Shown: in pieces, positions 27,596 to 40,460 of the stretch | How the letters are laid out: every line of letters starts with the position of its first letter | How positions within the stretch are numbered: the first letter of the stretch is position 1 | NCBI GenBank assembly: GCA_030704615.1 | Contig: CM060731.1 | Location: 18,538,001 to 18,602,000, forward strand | Direction of reading: 5' to 3' | Length of the DNA: 64,000 bases | DNA from: Takakia lepidozioides | Lineage: Eukaryota; Plantae; Bryophyta | Notes under the pieces: model-generated | What the model was told of the DNA's origin: nothing | Databases searched by the model: none | What the model saw: only the letters and a program-made list of their open reading frames with translations | Program-made: the position numbers and the translations under genes

Positions 27596-28699
27596 AATTC
27601 CACTTTGGCATTTCTCTCCCTCTTTCTCTCTCTCTCTCTTCTTTCTCTCTCTCTCTCTTCTTTCTCTCTCTCTCAATGGCCACAAGGCTACGGCAAACAA
27701 CGTCTTATGAGTACATTCTCTCTCTTGCCCCATCAAGGGAGTTTTGCCTGTACCTCTGTTTACCAACTTTTGAAAGTCTTTGAAGCTGAGCCAAAAGCCC
27801 AGGCCCTTTTGGGGCCTGGTTATTGGGCTAATAACCACACACAGCAGATTGATGCTTGTGTAAGGGATTTCTAGAGGATATCTGGAAAACTTGGATCAAT
27901 CATCTGTTCCAAGGTAAGTCATACTACCGGTGTCAGCCCCTGACAAAGGGAGTTTCTGTCCCTTTTTGTTCCCCTCAAACTGAGTGCGGGGTCAATGGCC
28001 ACAAGCCACGGCAAACAACCTATTATGAGTACCTTCTCTCTTGCCCCCACACACGGGTAGGCGGAGGAGTGCCGCTTCGAGCCCTAAAAACCCCGCTCAG
28101 GCCGAAAGTGACCTTCAGAGGCCAGGCCGAAGGCGGATTTTCTTGACCCATTTTGAATTGCGCCTACAGCGGTGCGCTGGACCCAGCATGTGCTTACACA
28201 AGTGGTGAAGCTCTTGGGTGAATAGTCACCGTTACCCTGTCCTAAAGCATCAGCATCGTCAGATGAGTGTTCCTGGGAGCATCTACTGGGACGCTATTTT
28301 GTCATGACAAATAGTGACCCTATAATTTGATAGAAAGATTAACACTCAAGTGAAGACTACTTCACAGACTAACTAACAGTGAAAAACAAAAAAATCAAGG
28401 ACATTCACTCCTGGCATGAACTTGCCAAAACAATGTTATGCCTGACAAGAAGCTTGATAGCATGGATGTGCACGGGTCCTACCTGGGGAAATAAGGGCTT
28501 GCCACCAGGCCATTCTCTAGTGTCATGGGTTCAACAATCGTGTACTAGCAATTGCCTTACCACACCTTCTGGCTCCATTCATCTACGAAAGATGAGCCGG
28601 TGAATCTAGGAAGTATGTGAAGTTTATTCACTATGCAACATTTGGACACACTCTCTATCTTCCAAAGTGCATGTGCTTAATTTCATCACATAACACTTG

Positions 28700-30780
28700 G
28701 GAGGCAGAACAGCTAGAGTCGTTCCCGTTTTTTCCTGCCACACTTCAGAATGCGCTGTCCTCAAATACCCTTGAAAAAAAGCTACAGAATGCAAAGCCGA
28801 CTTGAGTAAAGCCACAATCTATGGCGAGCCTCCACAAGCTTCTGCATGCTGATCCACACACCCACTGAGAAAAAATCACATCTTCACTGTATTCACATTT
28901 GTAAAGAGTCCGCATTTCCCAATTAAATAACATCTTGCTCAGCTTGGTACATGTACATAAAGAACATGCTGAATGACTGAATGCAAAGCTCTAGGAGTGT
29001 GGTCACCCCACACTGTTAATGTCTTCTCTGCACCAGGACACCCAGACTTCGAAACAAATTCCTGATGGCGACCAGCAAAGGTGCCCCCTCTTCAGCCACA
29101 TTCGTACTGTTGGAGCCCACCTCGAGCATGTCATGTAAGATTCTGCCAGTGTCTGGGGTGGGCCTGCAAGTTCCCACAAACCAGTGCCAAAAGCTTGCCA
29201 CAGAGTCAATGTGCCTATCATACTTGCTCATAAATTTTCTGAAATCCTCATACAGTTTTCCAAGGTTGTGCAACCTCCTCCTGTATGTACTTCCAACACC
29301 GCCTGTTTGCACCAGTACCAATTCTCTGCAGCTTTCCAGCCTGCTCACCTGTACAAGGAGCCTCACAGTTGGATTATATCCACGAGTAATAGATTGATAG
29401 CACTTTGCACTAGTAATAGACCAAGCAGTACCTTTTGTGTCAGTTTTAATCAGGTTTTAATGCAACTTTACAATTGGGCTTTCCCATACTTCAAACACTG
29501 GCTGAGGTTCATGCTTTTGAAAAGGTACAGAAAACAACAGCTTCTATGGAAAGCCCAAAACGGAGGTAAGGATCTAATACAAGTTCATCAAAGTACACAA
29601 ATCCCTATGCAAATGCCTACCAAAAGCAGCCATCCAGCTTGTAGGTCAGTGGAGCTTCAAAATCCTGACTAAGAATATTGTGCTGAATCGAAGTCAGTGA
29701 CTGAGAGACACTATGGAGGTGCCCACTCGAGTTCCACCATACCAGACGATGAGAGAGTATCTGTCCTCAAAAACACAAGGCCAAATTTCAGAAGGCCATA
29801 CTTGCCTGCCTCATGATAAACTCCCCATGCAACACCATGTCCTGCATCCTGCAAGTAGACAATGGAGGCTGAAATTCTATCACGTAGCGAGTCACGTAGG
29901 TCAAATGAGGTAAACACTAAACCCCAGGTCCATTTTTTTGACTCCCCAGGATGTTCTGTGTACCAAAATTATGGTCATTTGCCAGACACAGATAATAATA
30001 TAATAACTGATTGAGTGTTCAGCCGCACACATTCTCAGTCCAAATAGATGAAGTACACGCAATGGATATCAGAATGCTCGCTCGTAAGCACTATCATCCA
30101 AATGCTGATCCTCCAACGACGAGACGGATTGTTGCGCCAGCACTACTTGAAGAGCACTAGCTGAAGAAACCAGGTAGAAGTTTCGCGGATAATCGTACAA
30201 CAATCTTCCCGCCCTGATGCGCGTGCAACTTATATATCGACATGGATCTAGACTTGTCGATAGCGAACAAGAAGTACGAGGAAGAGATTCAGTGATATGA
30301 TAGAAAATAAGTTCTCTTACAGGGGTCTTCATGCATTTTAGCTTATGAATTGCTTATAATGGATTGCTTGCGAAAGCGGCGAAGACGAATACCTTGAGTC
30401 GCATTCGACAAGAGTTACAGTCACAAAATCTCAACCGGTCTACCTATATTATACACAGCACACAGCGTCAAAAATCAACTACCTTCTTGAGCTTGATATC
30501 CGTGATTTCATAGAAGGTATGAGGACTCCAATACTTAGCCACTGCTCAATTGTGTGCAGTAGACTGACTCCTGCAACTTTGGAAACAGTGACAAAAGGAA
30601 GAGAGCCACCAAAGGGAAGAGAGCGTCTGCCTCCAAACAAAGGTGGAATGACACTGGGAATATCCAGGCCTGGAGTTCGGCCTCACCCTCCTCCACCAAG
30701 GCCTGCATTTTTGTCTCAAAACCCTCTCTTGGGAAGCTCTGGAGTTTCCGCCCCACCTCTTCCCATCGCCGACACCCCAA
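28700..30780 (-). pseudogene. Degenerate coding remnants, weakly reminiscent of Sec1-family (MIP3/SCFD2-like) proteins
   Basis: Peptides IVYLQDAG, CSLSTSLD..GRLLYD..DSAYE and GRILHDM..LLVAIRNL resemble remembered MIP3 motifs, but their order is not collinear. Confidence 0.2.
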
Positions 30781-31146
30781 CCACTTGGACTTAAACTGTC
30801 AAGCTTCCTTTGATGATCACCTTCTTCGAGCCTTCTTCATAAGACCTTTACAATCATCATTTGATTACTTCAGCTGCCGTCTCTTGGACAGTGCATTTGG
30901 TTATAGTTCATGACTAATTGATCTTCCTTATTCTGGAGCAGATCCACTAACTTCCCATGCAAGGGGTTTGTCCCTTGATCATATTGAAGTAATGTATGCA
31001 GCATACTTATCCCAAACACCGTTGATACACACATAATAGGGGGAATGTATTAGTTGCTGATCACTGCTTACATAATACTCATGTGAGGCGCTCACGTGAT
31101 CACATTACAGACACACCTCAACTGTGAGCGACTCACAGGCTACATA

Positions 31147-31315
31147 CTGCAACCTCACTACTCGCCTCACTACTTCCCAAGATCATGCAAGCACACTAAT
31201 CATGCAGCTAATCATTCCCTACGTAACAAGAAGCTGCAACCTCACTACTTCCCAAGATCATGCAAGCACACTAATCATGCCTGCGCTAATAATTCCCTAC
31301 GTAACAAGAAGCTGT
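31147..31315. repeat. ~70-85 bp tandem duplication downstream of the terpene synthase
   Basis: cctcactacttcccaagatcatgcaagcacactaatcatgc...ccctacgtaacaagaagctg occurs twice. Confidence 0.8.
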
Positions 31316-31557
31316 ACCCATATCTAGCAACCAACCTCATACCGTACTCAGCAATATTTCCCTACAACAGATCACCTTCTTCGACATAGGACCTTTAAAG
31401 TCATCACTTGCTTCTTCAGCTGCCTCGGTAGTGAAATATCATCGTCAGTGATCATTGACTAGTAAATGACTAAGGTCTTCAGTTTAATATTCTTTCTGTT
31501 GATCTGGAGCTTAATTGCTCTAGAGCTCATGTATTGCATGCAAAAGGGATCTTGTAG

Positions 31558-32583
31558 TTAACTGGTGATGGCCCTGAGCTCTGGGAAAACTGAGTCAGGA
31601 TGCCGGTAGCGCTTGTATATGCTGTGCCAGTAAACACTGCCAGTCATGAGCTCCTTCAAACCTTCCACATAGCTGCGCAGAGCATAGGCCCAAGGTTCCG
31701 CGTCCCACACGGCCAACTGCGTCTCCAGCTCCAGGACGACACGAGCGTACGAGTTCACCACATCCACGGCTCTCCACGCAGCTTGGGGTAGCGGTGTGCC
31801 TTCAGTTTGCATCAACACCATGATTAGATTGCGCGGGTTGTTTTCCTGCACCTCCTTGTAGTAGGAGAAAATATCGTTGACGAAAGCTGCATGCATGCCG
31901 GCCGCGTTGTTCAGCTGTTGGATAAAGGGTAGCGTGCGGGCCTCGTCTGGAAGAAAGGCGTTCTTGCTGAACTCCACCATATTCACAACAAACAAGCTTC
32001 CAAAGTTCCAGGCGCGCAGTTGGGTGTAAGAATCTAAGTCTTGCAAATATGAGCGGTCGTATGCAATGTCGGCAGGGCTGGCAACGCCCGCTCTGTGGTG
32101 CAGAATGACAGAGTCTGCAAAATAATTGAGCCATTCCGGGCTGGACAAGCGTCTCACGTCCTGACCCGCTTCCCACATTATCCCCTCGATCGGAGTGGGA
32201 TCGCGCGGAGGCTCTTGTTGCCTGAAGAGGAGGTTCAAGTTGTTGAGGCACTCGCCGATTTTGTGATGGCTCTCCCGGACGCTGCGATGGATGCCATACT
32301 CCTCGAGGAGCAAGTCGTTTGGCGTATCAAGCAAAAGATCATCTATGATGAACGTGAGGGCACTTATCAGAGCGACGGATACCAAATGATCACAACTGAC
32401 GGCTCCGCTGAACAAAAAGCTGACACACGAGATGGAAAGACGAATATAGGATTCAAACGACTTGATCTGCCAGCGCTCCGCAAATTTCAGCAGGCGTTCC
32501 TCGGCTTCAACTGCAAACATGCTCTGCTGTCGAGGAGGAAGGCCTCTGATGATCAGGGAAGAAACGAGCGGTGGAAGCTCCAT
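31558..32583 (-). CDS. MTPSL: Microbial terpene synthase-like protein (class I, single alpha domain), intronless
   Basis: 341-aa open ORF with Asp-rich DDLLLD (DDxxxD), effector-type YTQLRAWNFG, NSE/DTE motif NDIFSYYKE and C-terminal WH...KRY. Confidence 0.9.
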   Translation of the reverse strand: MELPPLVSSLIIRGLPPRQQSMFAVEAEERLLKFAERWQIKSFESYIRLSISCVSFLFSGAVSCDHLVSVALISALTFIIDDLLLDTPNDLLLEEYGIHRSVRESHHKIGECLNNLNLLFRQQEPPRDPTPIEGIMWEAGQDVRRLSSPEWLNYFADSVILHHRAGVASPADIAYDRSYLQDLDSYTQLRAWNFGSLFVVNMVEFSKNAFLPDEARTLPFIQQLNNAAGMHAAFVNDIFSYYKEVQENNPRNLIMVLMQTEGTPLPQAAWRAVDVVNSYARVVLELETQLAVWDAEPWAYALRSYVEGLKELMTGSVYWHSIYKRYRHPDSVFPELRAITS

Positions 32584-35500
32584 CTCGTCGTTCGTGGGAT
32601 TCTTTGCGGGGGATAGATGTTCAGACTGGCGCTGGAGCTGAGGAACCCTTGCTGCAGTCCTCCCGGCAGCGAGTACTCGAGCGACCCACTACTGAGAATG
32701 CGAGAGCGGTGAAGCGGGAAGCGTCGATGTGATGAAAATTGTGTAATCCATTTCAGGCCTGGTTTGCTTTTTATAAAGCTACCTATGCGGCATTTTGTTT
32801 TTTAAAAAACTTTTAGAGAAGAGGGACGGAGGCCTCAAAACTTTATAGATAAGGACATGAATGGATTGAATGGATTTTCGTTTGCCTCTCCACACTTACA
32901 GCATCCCCACCCTTGAGCCCAAAAGACTCCCTCTAACGCCAAAATTACGTGATCAATTCAGGGCCTGTTGGGTTCTGTGGCGAGTCAGCCCCTTCAAGCG
33001 CACACCTTGCCTCTGAATCGCCCACGCTATCCTCGCACAGCTCTGCTCCCATTGGGGAGGGGTCGTGCTCGTTGCCAAGCTATTGACACACCTGGGCATG
33101 GTCACGTTGACTTGGATTGAGCGGCCTATCCGGGGCCTGAATACGGCGCTCGGGTTCAGTGCACAGAAGAATATTATGTGCCCACTTTTCATGGGCGTAT
33201 TCGGGCCCTGAATAGGGCGCTGGGGTTCAGTGCACGGAACGATATTATGTGCCCGCTTTTCATGGGATATTGGGTTCAGTGCAAGGGTGTGGACGTTTCC
33301 TACCACCACCCCTTGATATTCTGTTGGAGTGTAGGGTGGGGATGCTCTTACATTGATTCTATTGATGGTCAACATAATGTGAAAATCCAAGGAGGTTGGT
33401 GTAGACTTGTGAAGTAGACTTGTGTAGTTTTGGTGGGCCAGCCCCAATCCTTTGTACCTTCCTACCCCCTATCATATACCCCCTATCATATACAGAGATT
33501 CTAGTGAGGGGGTTGCAGCTTGTTTTGTTGTATTACGTATATATTTAAGGGCCACTTTACACCAAGGACCAAGACCAAGACTAAGCGGAAATGGAGCATT
33601 ATTATTGGGCGAGGGCCAAAAATTGGTCCCAACACTAGGGACCAAGCCCAAAAGACCAAAGTGGGCCAATATGCTTACATGGCACCTACTTTTGGCACGA
33701 ACTTCTTGGCATTTTTATAGCAAAAACATAACAGGGGGATTGTAGCCCTAATAAATTTTATTATAAATTAAAATTCCCGCATCTTGGTGTTTAGGGTAGA
33801 CCAAAAGTCAGATCTTTCGATGGGAGTATTTGGAGCATAAATGTTAACTATCCCTATGATTCCAGCTAAGTTTGGGAGGGCAATAGAACAGAATTGAAGT
33901 CACCTTGGAATCCAAATAGATTCATTAGAAATGAAGGGTTGGAGAGAAGGGGACAGTAAAATGGCTGTACCCCCTTTAGTACCTTCCGAAGTTGGTTTCC
34001 AGAGAGTGTTTGCCAAGGCCACATATAATCCGAGAGGCTGTATATCTTGGAATGATCGAGCTTATGTTCATGAATGATGGAGTCATTCCTTAAGAAGGGT
34101 GCTAGCCAAGTTTTTATTTTTAAGAAAAGAAAATGGAAGTTGGGTCTGCACGCAAGACGTCGCATTTGATGGCCTAAGAATTCGAAAGAAAAACTTTACT
34201 CTGCGGTCTCTTGGACGAAGAGATTTAACCCTGACTAAATGGTCTGGGGGCTTTGGACTTTTCTTGCTAATTTGGAAGAAAATGCCCCTTAGAGGAAACT
34301 GGTTTGGGCTCACTGGATACAACTGAAATTGACCTGAGGGTAAACTGACTGGATGGTAACACTTGTTGGAATAAAATCTACCGGTAACAAACTCTGAAGA
34401 TCTGGATACCTCTCAGCAAGGGAACCATCCAAGGGTAAAGTACCCGAGGGTATGTTATCTGGCAAGTGGAATGCTGGAAGAAAATGCCTATTTTTCCTGC
34501 CAGAAAGAAGTTTTTCTTTGCCACACAACAGCCATCATCTGTTAGTATCCCTAGAAAGGACCTGGAAGAAAAAACAGGGAAAGGATGAGGAGAGAACCTG
34601 ATTTGGAGAGAGTTGAGAGTCAGGTGGTAAAACCAATGGTTGGGAGCTCTCCTGAGAAGTGAATTGAGTAGTGTCAATGACTGACGGTGGGGAGATGTGC
34701 AGAGTACTGACGATAGTCACCAAATCGTCTTTGCTAGCCTTCGCCTCTGCCGAAGAAGAGTCCACCTGGGAGTCCGAAGAGGCTGAGGAAGTCTTAGGTG
34801 CCTTAACTCCATTAATGAAGTCTCCAGTCCTTTGGATCTCCATTCTATGATTGTCCTCTTTTATTTCATACTCAAGGAAAGCCCCCAGGATTTGAAAACC
34901 ATTAAACATTGTATCTTGATTTCGGATCTACAACTTGTGACTTTCCTCCAGGGCTTTCGAGCCATTCTTCCTAGGTCCACATAGCTGTCAGTGGTTGAGG
35001 AGTAGAGTAAATCTCAGCCTCTTCCATAAGGGCCAGTACTTGCGTTGACGGTTTACAATTTAGGCCTGGGTGGTCTTCTAGGTATGCTCCCCACGAAACC
35101 TTGGTTGATGGAACAAAAAAGTGATGGGGCAAGAATCTTGAATCTTTTGTTTGAACAGAATCTATGGGTTGCTGTCGGGGGGACAAGTCTTTACAAAGTG
35201 TGTGATGTCATAAGTTGTAATCCAAAGTGATTCAACGCACTCCCGGTCGTCTGATGTAATGAGCATGGCAGGTGGGTTACCTTTCCTGAAGATGAGTGGT
35301 GTAACAGTACATGATGCTTTGGGGGGTTCTACAATCTCTAGGCACTGCATCGTTTGAGGTCCAGTCCTGGGAAGGAAGCCATTTGAAGACAGGCATTGGC
35401 GAATTTGGAGTTGCAAGCAACACTTATGGTCACCTTGGGGCTAGGTTGGCTGGTTGGTGAAGTCAGTTGAATAACAGGCGAGTCCTCCCTGAGTTTAGCT

Positions 35501-36589
35501 TTTTCCTTGCTTGATGAGTCTTTCTGTAGTTGACGAGCTCTTATTTCCTCTTGCATTGGGTCTTGACTAATGTGGCTCTTGGCATAATTACTAAGCCGGG
35601 GCCTAATCTGCAGAAAGTCAAACATTACCGATGAAATATAAAAAATAAGAATATACCATAAATGGGATCCTCCGATACCATGGTTCAACAAAATGACGTG
35701 ACATGAATACTCTAAAAGATTCAAAGAATAATGACGCAAAATGACATTAAGACATGTCACAATCATGACGTCACTTCCGTCGTGACACCAAAGTGTTTAG
35801 TTCCTAGATAGTCAATTTGTGCAATCTTGTCTGATACATCAATAGTGAGGTGCAAGCATCACGAGTACATCCGTTAATCCAGTCATTGTTTGAATAAAAT
35901 CCCATTTGTCAACTTCAATTATCCGATATGGTGAATAAATTGAAAGTGTGTGAATGAAACCCAATCCCGAAGTGATCCGTTTAAGAGAGCTAGGTTTCGC
36001 TCGATGAAACCTAAGGATTTCATGGATCGAACTGGAGATCCACCCACCAAAACTACACAAATCTACGCCAACCTCATTAGATTTTCACATTATGTTGACC
36101 ATCAATAGAAACAATGTAAGTGTGGCGAGGTAAACGAATGTTGAGAATAATACAAAAAATTGTGGGCTGTCGCTCCCAGGTTTCTTTAAAAGAAAAGAAA
36201 ATCCTTTCATGTCCATTCAATCCATTCATGTCCTAAAGTTTGAGGCCTATGTCCCTCTTCTCTAAAAAAAAAAACCCAATTATTCAAATTAAAAACGTAA
36301 TTGTGGCCGGAGAGAGCGATGGCGGAGCGGCGGGGAAGCGCCCAACGACCGGTCGCTTCATCTCTTTCCCCTGTCCTCCTGTCGCCTTCCCTCATTTCTA
36401 TATGGCTGCTTTATCCTCCAATTGTTGATGCAATTCAGAATTGGGTTGGTCAGTGTCAGTTGCTAGCAGGTCTCCATGGGCTCGTTGGGTGTATCTGTGG
36501 TGGTTAGGAGTGACTTTGACAAGTTACTGCCGATGTGGCAGCAGGAAAGTATCCAAAAACAGATAACATAGATGAGGAGAAGCTTGTTG

Positions 36590-37810
36590 ACGTTTGTTTG
36601 CATTTGCAATGCGTGTGCAAGCCTGGCAGCCCTGGAAAGGTGCAATGAGGTCCATGGTGACATCATCAAAGCTGATTTGTACCAGATGTCATCCTGAACA
36701 CAGCCCTGCGGGACATGTATGTCAAATGTGAGTGCATCGAGGATGCAAAGGGAGTTTTCGACAGTATGGCTGAAAGAAATGTGGTGTCGTGGAGGGCGAT
36801 GATTGCAGGATATGCACAACAAGGGGCGGGATGGAGGCTTCGGAGACCTATGAGCAAATGATGGGGGAAGGGGTGAAGCCCGACCGCATAACGTTTGTTT
36901 GCATTTGCAATGTGTGTGCAAGCCTGGCAGCTCTGGAAAGGTGCAAAGTGGTCCATGGTGACATCGTCACATCTGGAATTGTACCCAATGTCATTCTGAA
37001 CACTGCCCTGCTGGACATGTATGTCAAATGTGAGTGCATCGAGGATGCAAAGGGAGTTTTCAACAGTATGGCTGAAGGAGATGTGGTGTCGTGGAGGGCG
37101 ATGATTGCAGAATATGCACAACAAGGGCGCGGGATGGAGGCGTTGGAGACCTATGAGCAATTGATGTGCGAAGGGGTGAAGCCCAACCGCATAACGTTTG
37201 TGTGCATTTGCAATGCGTGTGCAAGCCTGGCAGCTTTGGAAAGGTGCAATGAGGTCCACGCATGTGACATCTTCAAAGTTGGATTTGTACCAGATGTCAT
37301 CTTGAACACTGCCCTGCTGGACATGTATGTCAAATGTGAGTGCATCGAGGATGCAAAGGGAGTGTTCGACAGTATGGCTGAAACAAATGTGGTGTCGTGG
37401 AGGGCGATGATTGCAGGATATGCACAGCAAAGGGCGGGATGGAGGCTTTGGAGACCTATGAGCAATTGATGTGAAAAAGGGTGAAGCCCAACCACATCAC
37501 ATTTGTTTGCGTTTGCAATGATTGTGCAAGCCTGGCAGCCCTGGAAAGGTGCAATGAGGTCCATGGGACATCGTCAAAGTTGGATTTGTACCAGATGTCA
37601 TCCTGAACACTGCTCTGCTGGACTTGTATGTCAAATGTGAGTGCATCAAGGATGCAAAGGGAGTGTTCGACAGGATGACTGAACGAAATGTGGTGTCGTG
37701 GAATTCCATGATCGCAGGATATTCCCAGCATGGTTGTCATAGGGAGGTCCTGCAACTATTTGAATGAATGTAAAAGAATGGCTTGAAACCGGACAGTATC
37801 ACCTTTATAT
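36590..37810 (+). pseudogene. PLS-PPR pseudogene (about four ~303-bp triplet repeats)
   Basis: Repeated ITFVCICNACASLAALER...NTALLDMYVKCECIEDAKGVF...VVSWRAMI with frameshifts and stops; no DYW domain. Confidence 0.85.
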
Positions 37811-38078
37811 GTGGTCTCTCTGGGTAGATGGTCAACTGAATGCAGCAGTTGCAGCGGCACAGTTGATGAAATAAGGCACCTCATCCATGGCCACAACTTA
37901 TGAAAGAGGATCAAGAGAGGGAGTCCACAACACCTCTTCTGGCACTTTTGGGCATGTGAAGATACTTTGTGCTTGGTGATCATCCAAGTGTCTCTCACTT
38001 CTCACTTGTGGAGTGTGTTGTGGTTCCTATTAAATTATAAAGCTGAGAGAATGTCTCAATCGATATGATTCTATGCAG

Positions 38079-39834
38079 GACATGACAGGGGAATTCGTTA
38101 CAAGCACTTCACTGATGTTGGAGGAGTGGGAGAGACTAGTGAACAATTCCGGGCTGAACAAAGTGGAGATTGATGTATCTAGCCATCTTGCAAATGTTAC
38201 AGCGGATATTATTGCTCGGACAACATTTGGTACAACCTGCTACAAGGACGGAAAAGAGTTGTTTGATAAGCAGGCCAAGATTGGGATGCTTGCTACTACA
38301 GCTGGAAGATACGTATGGATCCCAGGCTTCAAGTGTGTCCCTATACTTTCTCTTCTATTTTCAGTACATTTGGAAATTAGAGAACACTGTCAGACCTTGT
38401 TACTTAACTTACATGGATATTCATGGAGGAGAATTCGACAGATGAGTGGATGAATTTTCTTATGCATGGCCCAAGAGGAGCTTTCTACTCAAGAGCTTTC
38501 AGCCATCTGCAAGAAATTTTGGGAACTACTGAGCAGTCAGCATGTATGGGTGTGATGAGTCCGACAAAAGACAGTATGATTTTCTTTGGTGAGTGGTTGG
38601 CCTACTCTCAGAGGGTGGATGCTACCCATGACTGAAGAAACAAGCCAGATAAGGTTTGCATTAAAGTGGCCTTGATGTCGTGTGATGTCTCAAGACCACT
38701 TCAAGCATGATGCTCATTTGTCTCTCCGTATAAATGTCGAAATCCAAATGGAACCCATTATCTTCAAATTATGTCTTAAGCTATCCATCGGAAGTTCCAG
38801 AAAGTAGTTGAAAAGCGATTACTTCTGCTCATGTTAGGGCAATTCAATTTTAAGCTTAGTATCGTAACCTCTCTCTTTGAAAAGCTACTTGTTTTGAAGT
38901 GTTCTTTGGGTACATTTGCAGGTTCTTTCCTGTCCAAAAAAATCGAGCACTGTGGAAAGCAGAAAACGAGATCACAAAGGGTCTCAGAGAGATCATCCAA
39001 GCCCGGCGTGACTCTGTGATTCTTGGAAAAAGTGCCGAATTTGGAAATGATCTGCTAGGTATAATGTTGTCTGTAAGTGAGCACAACCCCCGGGACAACC
39101 ACAAGGCCAATCCTACACAAGCCCGACTCACAAACCAGCAGGTGGTAGATGAGTGCAAGACCTTCTTTTTTGCTGGCCATGAAACCAGCGCGGTTTCTCT
39201 GACATGTACTTTGATGTTGCTGTCGGTATATCCCGAGTGGCAGGATCGTCTGCGTAGAGAAGTGCAGGAGGTTTGCAAAGGCACGTCTCCTGATAGCCAA
39301 AAACACGGCAAGCTGAAACTTGTGAGTTCTGAGCCTCAAATATCAAACCATCTTGAGCAGTGTCTAGATTCTCTTTCGCCTATCAAGCCATCAGGGTTTC
39401 CTTTCTCTATGCTGCCCTCTACATTGTATACAAGACTAGGGACTGATTTGTTGTTTTGGTGTACACTGTTTCACAAATGTCGTCAGTGCATTCAATTGGT
39501 AATCTGAAACTGGATTAGCAACATTATTGCACTCGGCTGTTCGTTGGCATCCTCGTGAAGGCTTGAGTTCTGGAGTCTTGTTATTTAATTGACATGAGCA
39601 TGACTCTGTTGTCTGCAGGTTGGAATGGTGTTGAAAAATCTATGCGGCTTTACCCTCCTGTTCCACATCTGTCTTGGCAGGCTGCAAAAGACCTTGGTTG
39701 GGCAATCTGCTCATCCCAAAAGGACTTACTATTATCACCAACCAAGTCCAAATGCATCACGATCCACAGCTGTGGGGTGAGGATGCCCTTGAATTCAACC
39801 CTGAGCGATTTGCTGGAGGAATCTCCAATGCTTG
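38079..39834 (+). pseudogene. Cytochrome P450 (CYP72 clan) internal fragment, three exons, lacking the N-terminus and the heme-binding Cys motif
   Basis: EIDV...TADIIARTTFG...IPGF; NDLLGIML...VDECKTFFFAGHETS; MRLYPPV; IPKG...[20 protein letters not shown]. The last exon is frameshifted and runs into PPR sequence. Confidence 0.88.
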
Positions 39835-40460
39835 TGCAAGCCTGGCAGTGCTGGAAAAGGGCAAAGAGGTGCATGGAGACATCATCAAAGCTGGAATTGT
39901 ACCAAACGTCATTCTGAACATTGCCCTGGCAACTCTGGAAGAGAGCAAAGAGGTCCATGGCGACATCGTCAGAGCTGGAATTGTAGCAAATGTCATTCTG
40001 AACACTGCCCTAGTGGACATGTATGCAAAATGTGGGTGCATCTAGGATGCAAAGGGAGTGTTCGACACTATGGCTGAACGAGATGTGGTGTCGTAGAGTG
40101 CGATGCTTGCAGGGTATGCACAGCAAGGACGTGGGATGGATGCTTTGGAGACCTATGAGCAAATGATGGGGGAAGCACATCATGTTTGTGTGCATTTGCA
40201 ATGCTTGTGCAAGCCTGGCAGCCCTGGAGAAGGGCAAAGAGGTGCATGGGGATATCATCAAAGCTGGAATTGTACCAAATGTCATTCTGAACATTGCCCT
40301 GGCAGCTCTGGAAAAGGGGAAAGAGGTCCATGGCGGCATCTTCAGAGCTGGAATTGTACCAGATTTCATTCTGAACAATACCCTGGTGGACATGTTTGCA
40401 AAATGTGGGTGCATCTAGGATGCAATGGGAGTGTTCAACACTATGGCTGAACAAGATGTG
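39826..40460 (+). pseudogene. PLS-PPR pseudogene fragment fused to the P450 remnant
   Basis: [31 protein letters not shown]...DMYAKCGCI* occurs twice, with internal duplication and stops. Confidence 0.85.

Noticed and set aside
31558-39834. Terpene synthase plus P450 biosynthetic gene cluster
   Set aside because: The P450 is an internal fragment without the heme Cys, embedded in PPR debris; proximity alone is not evidence of a cluster.
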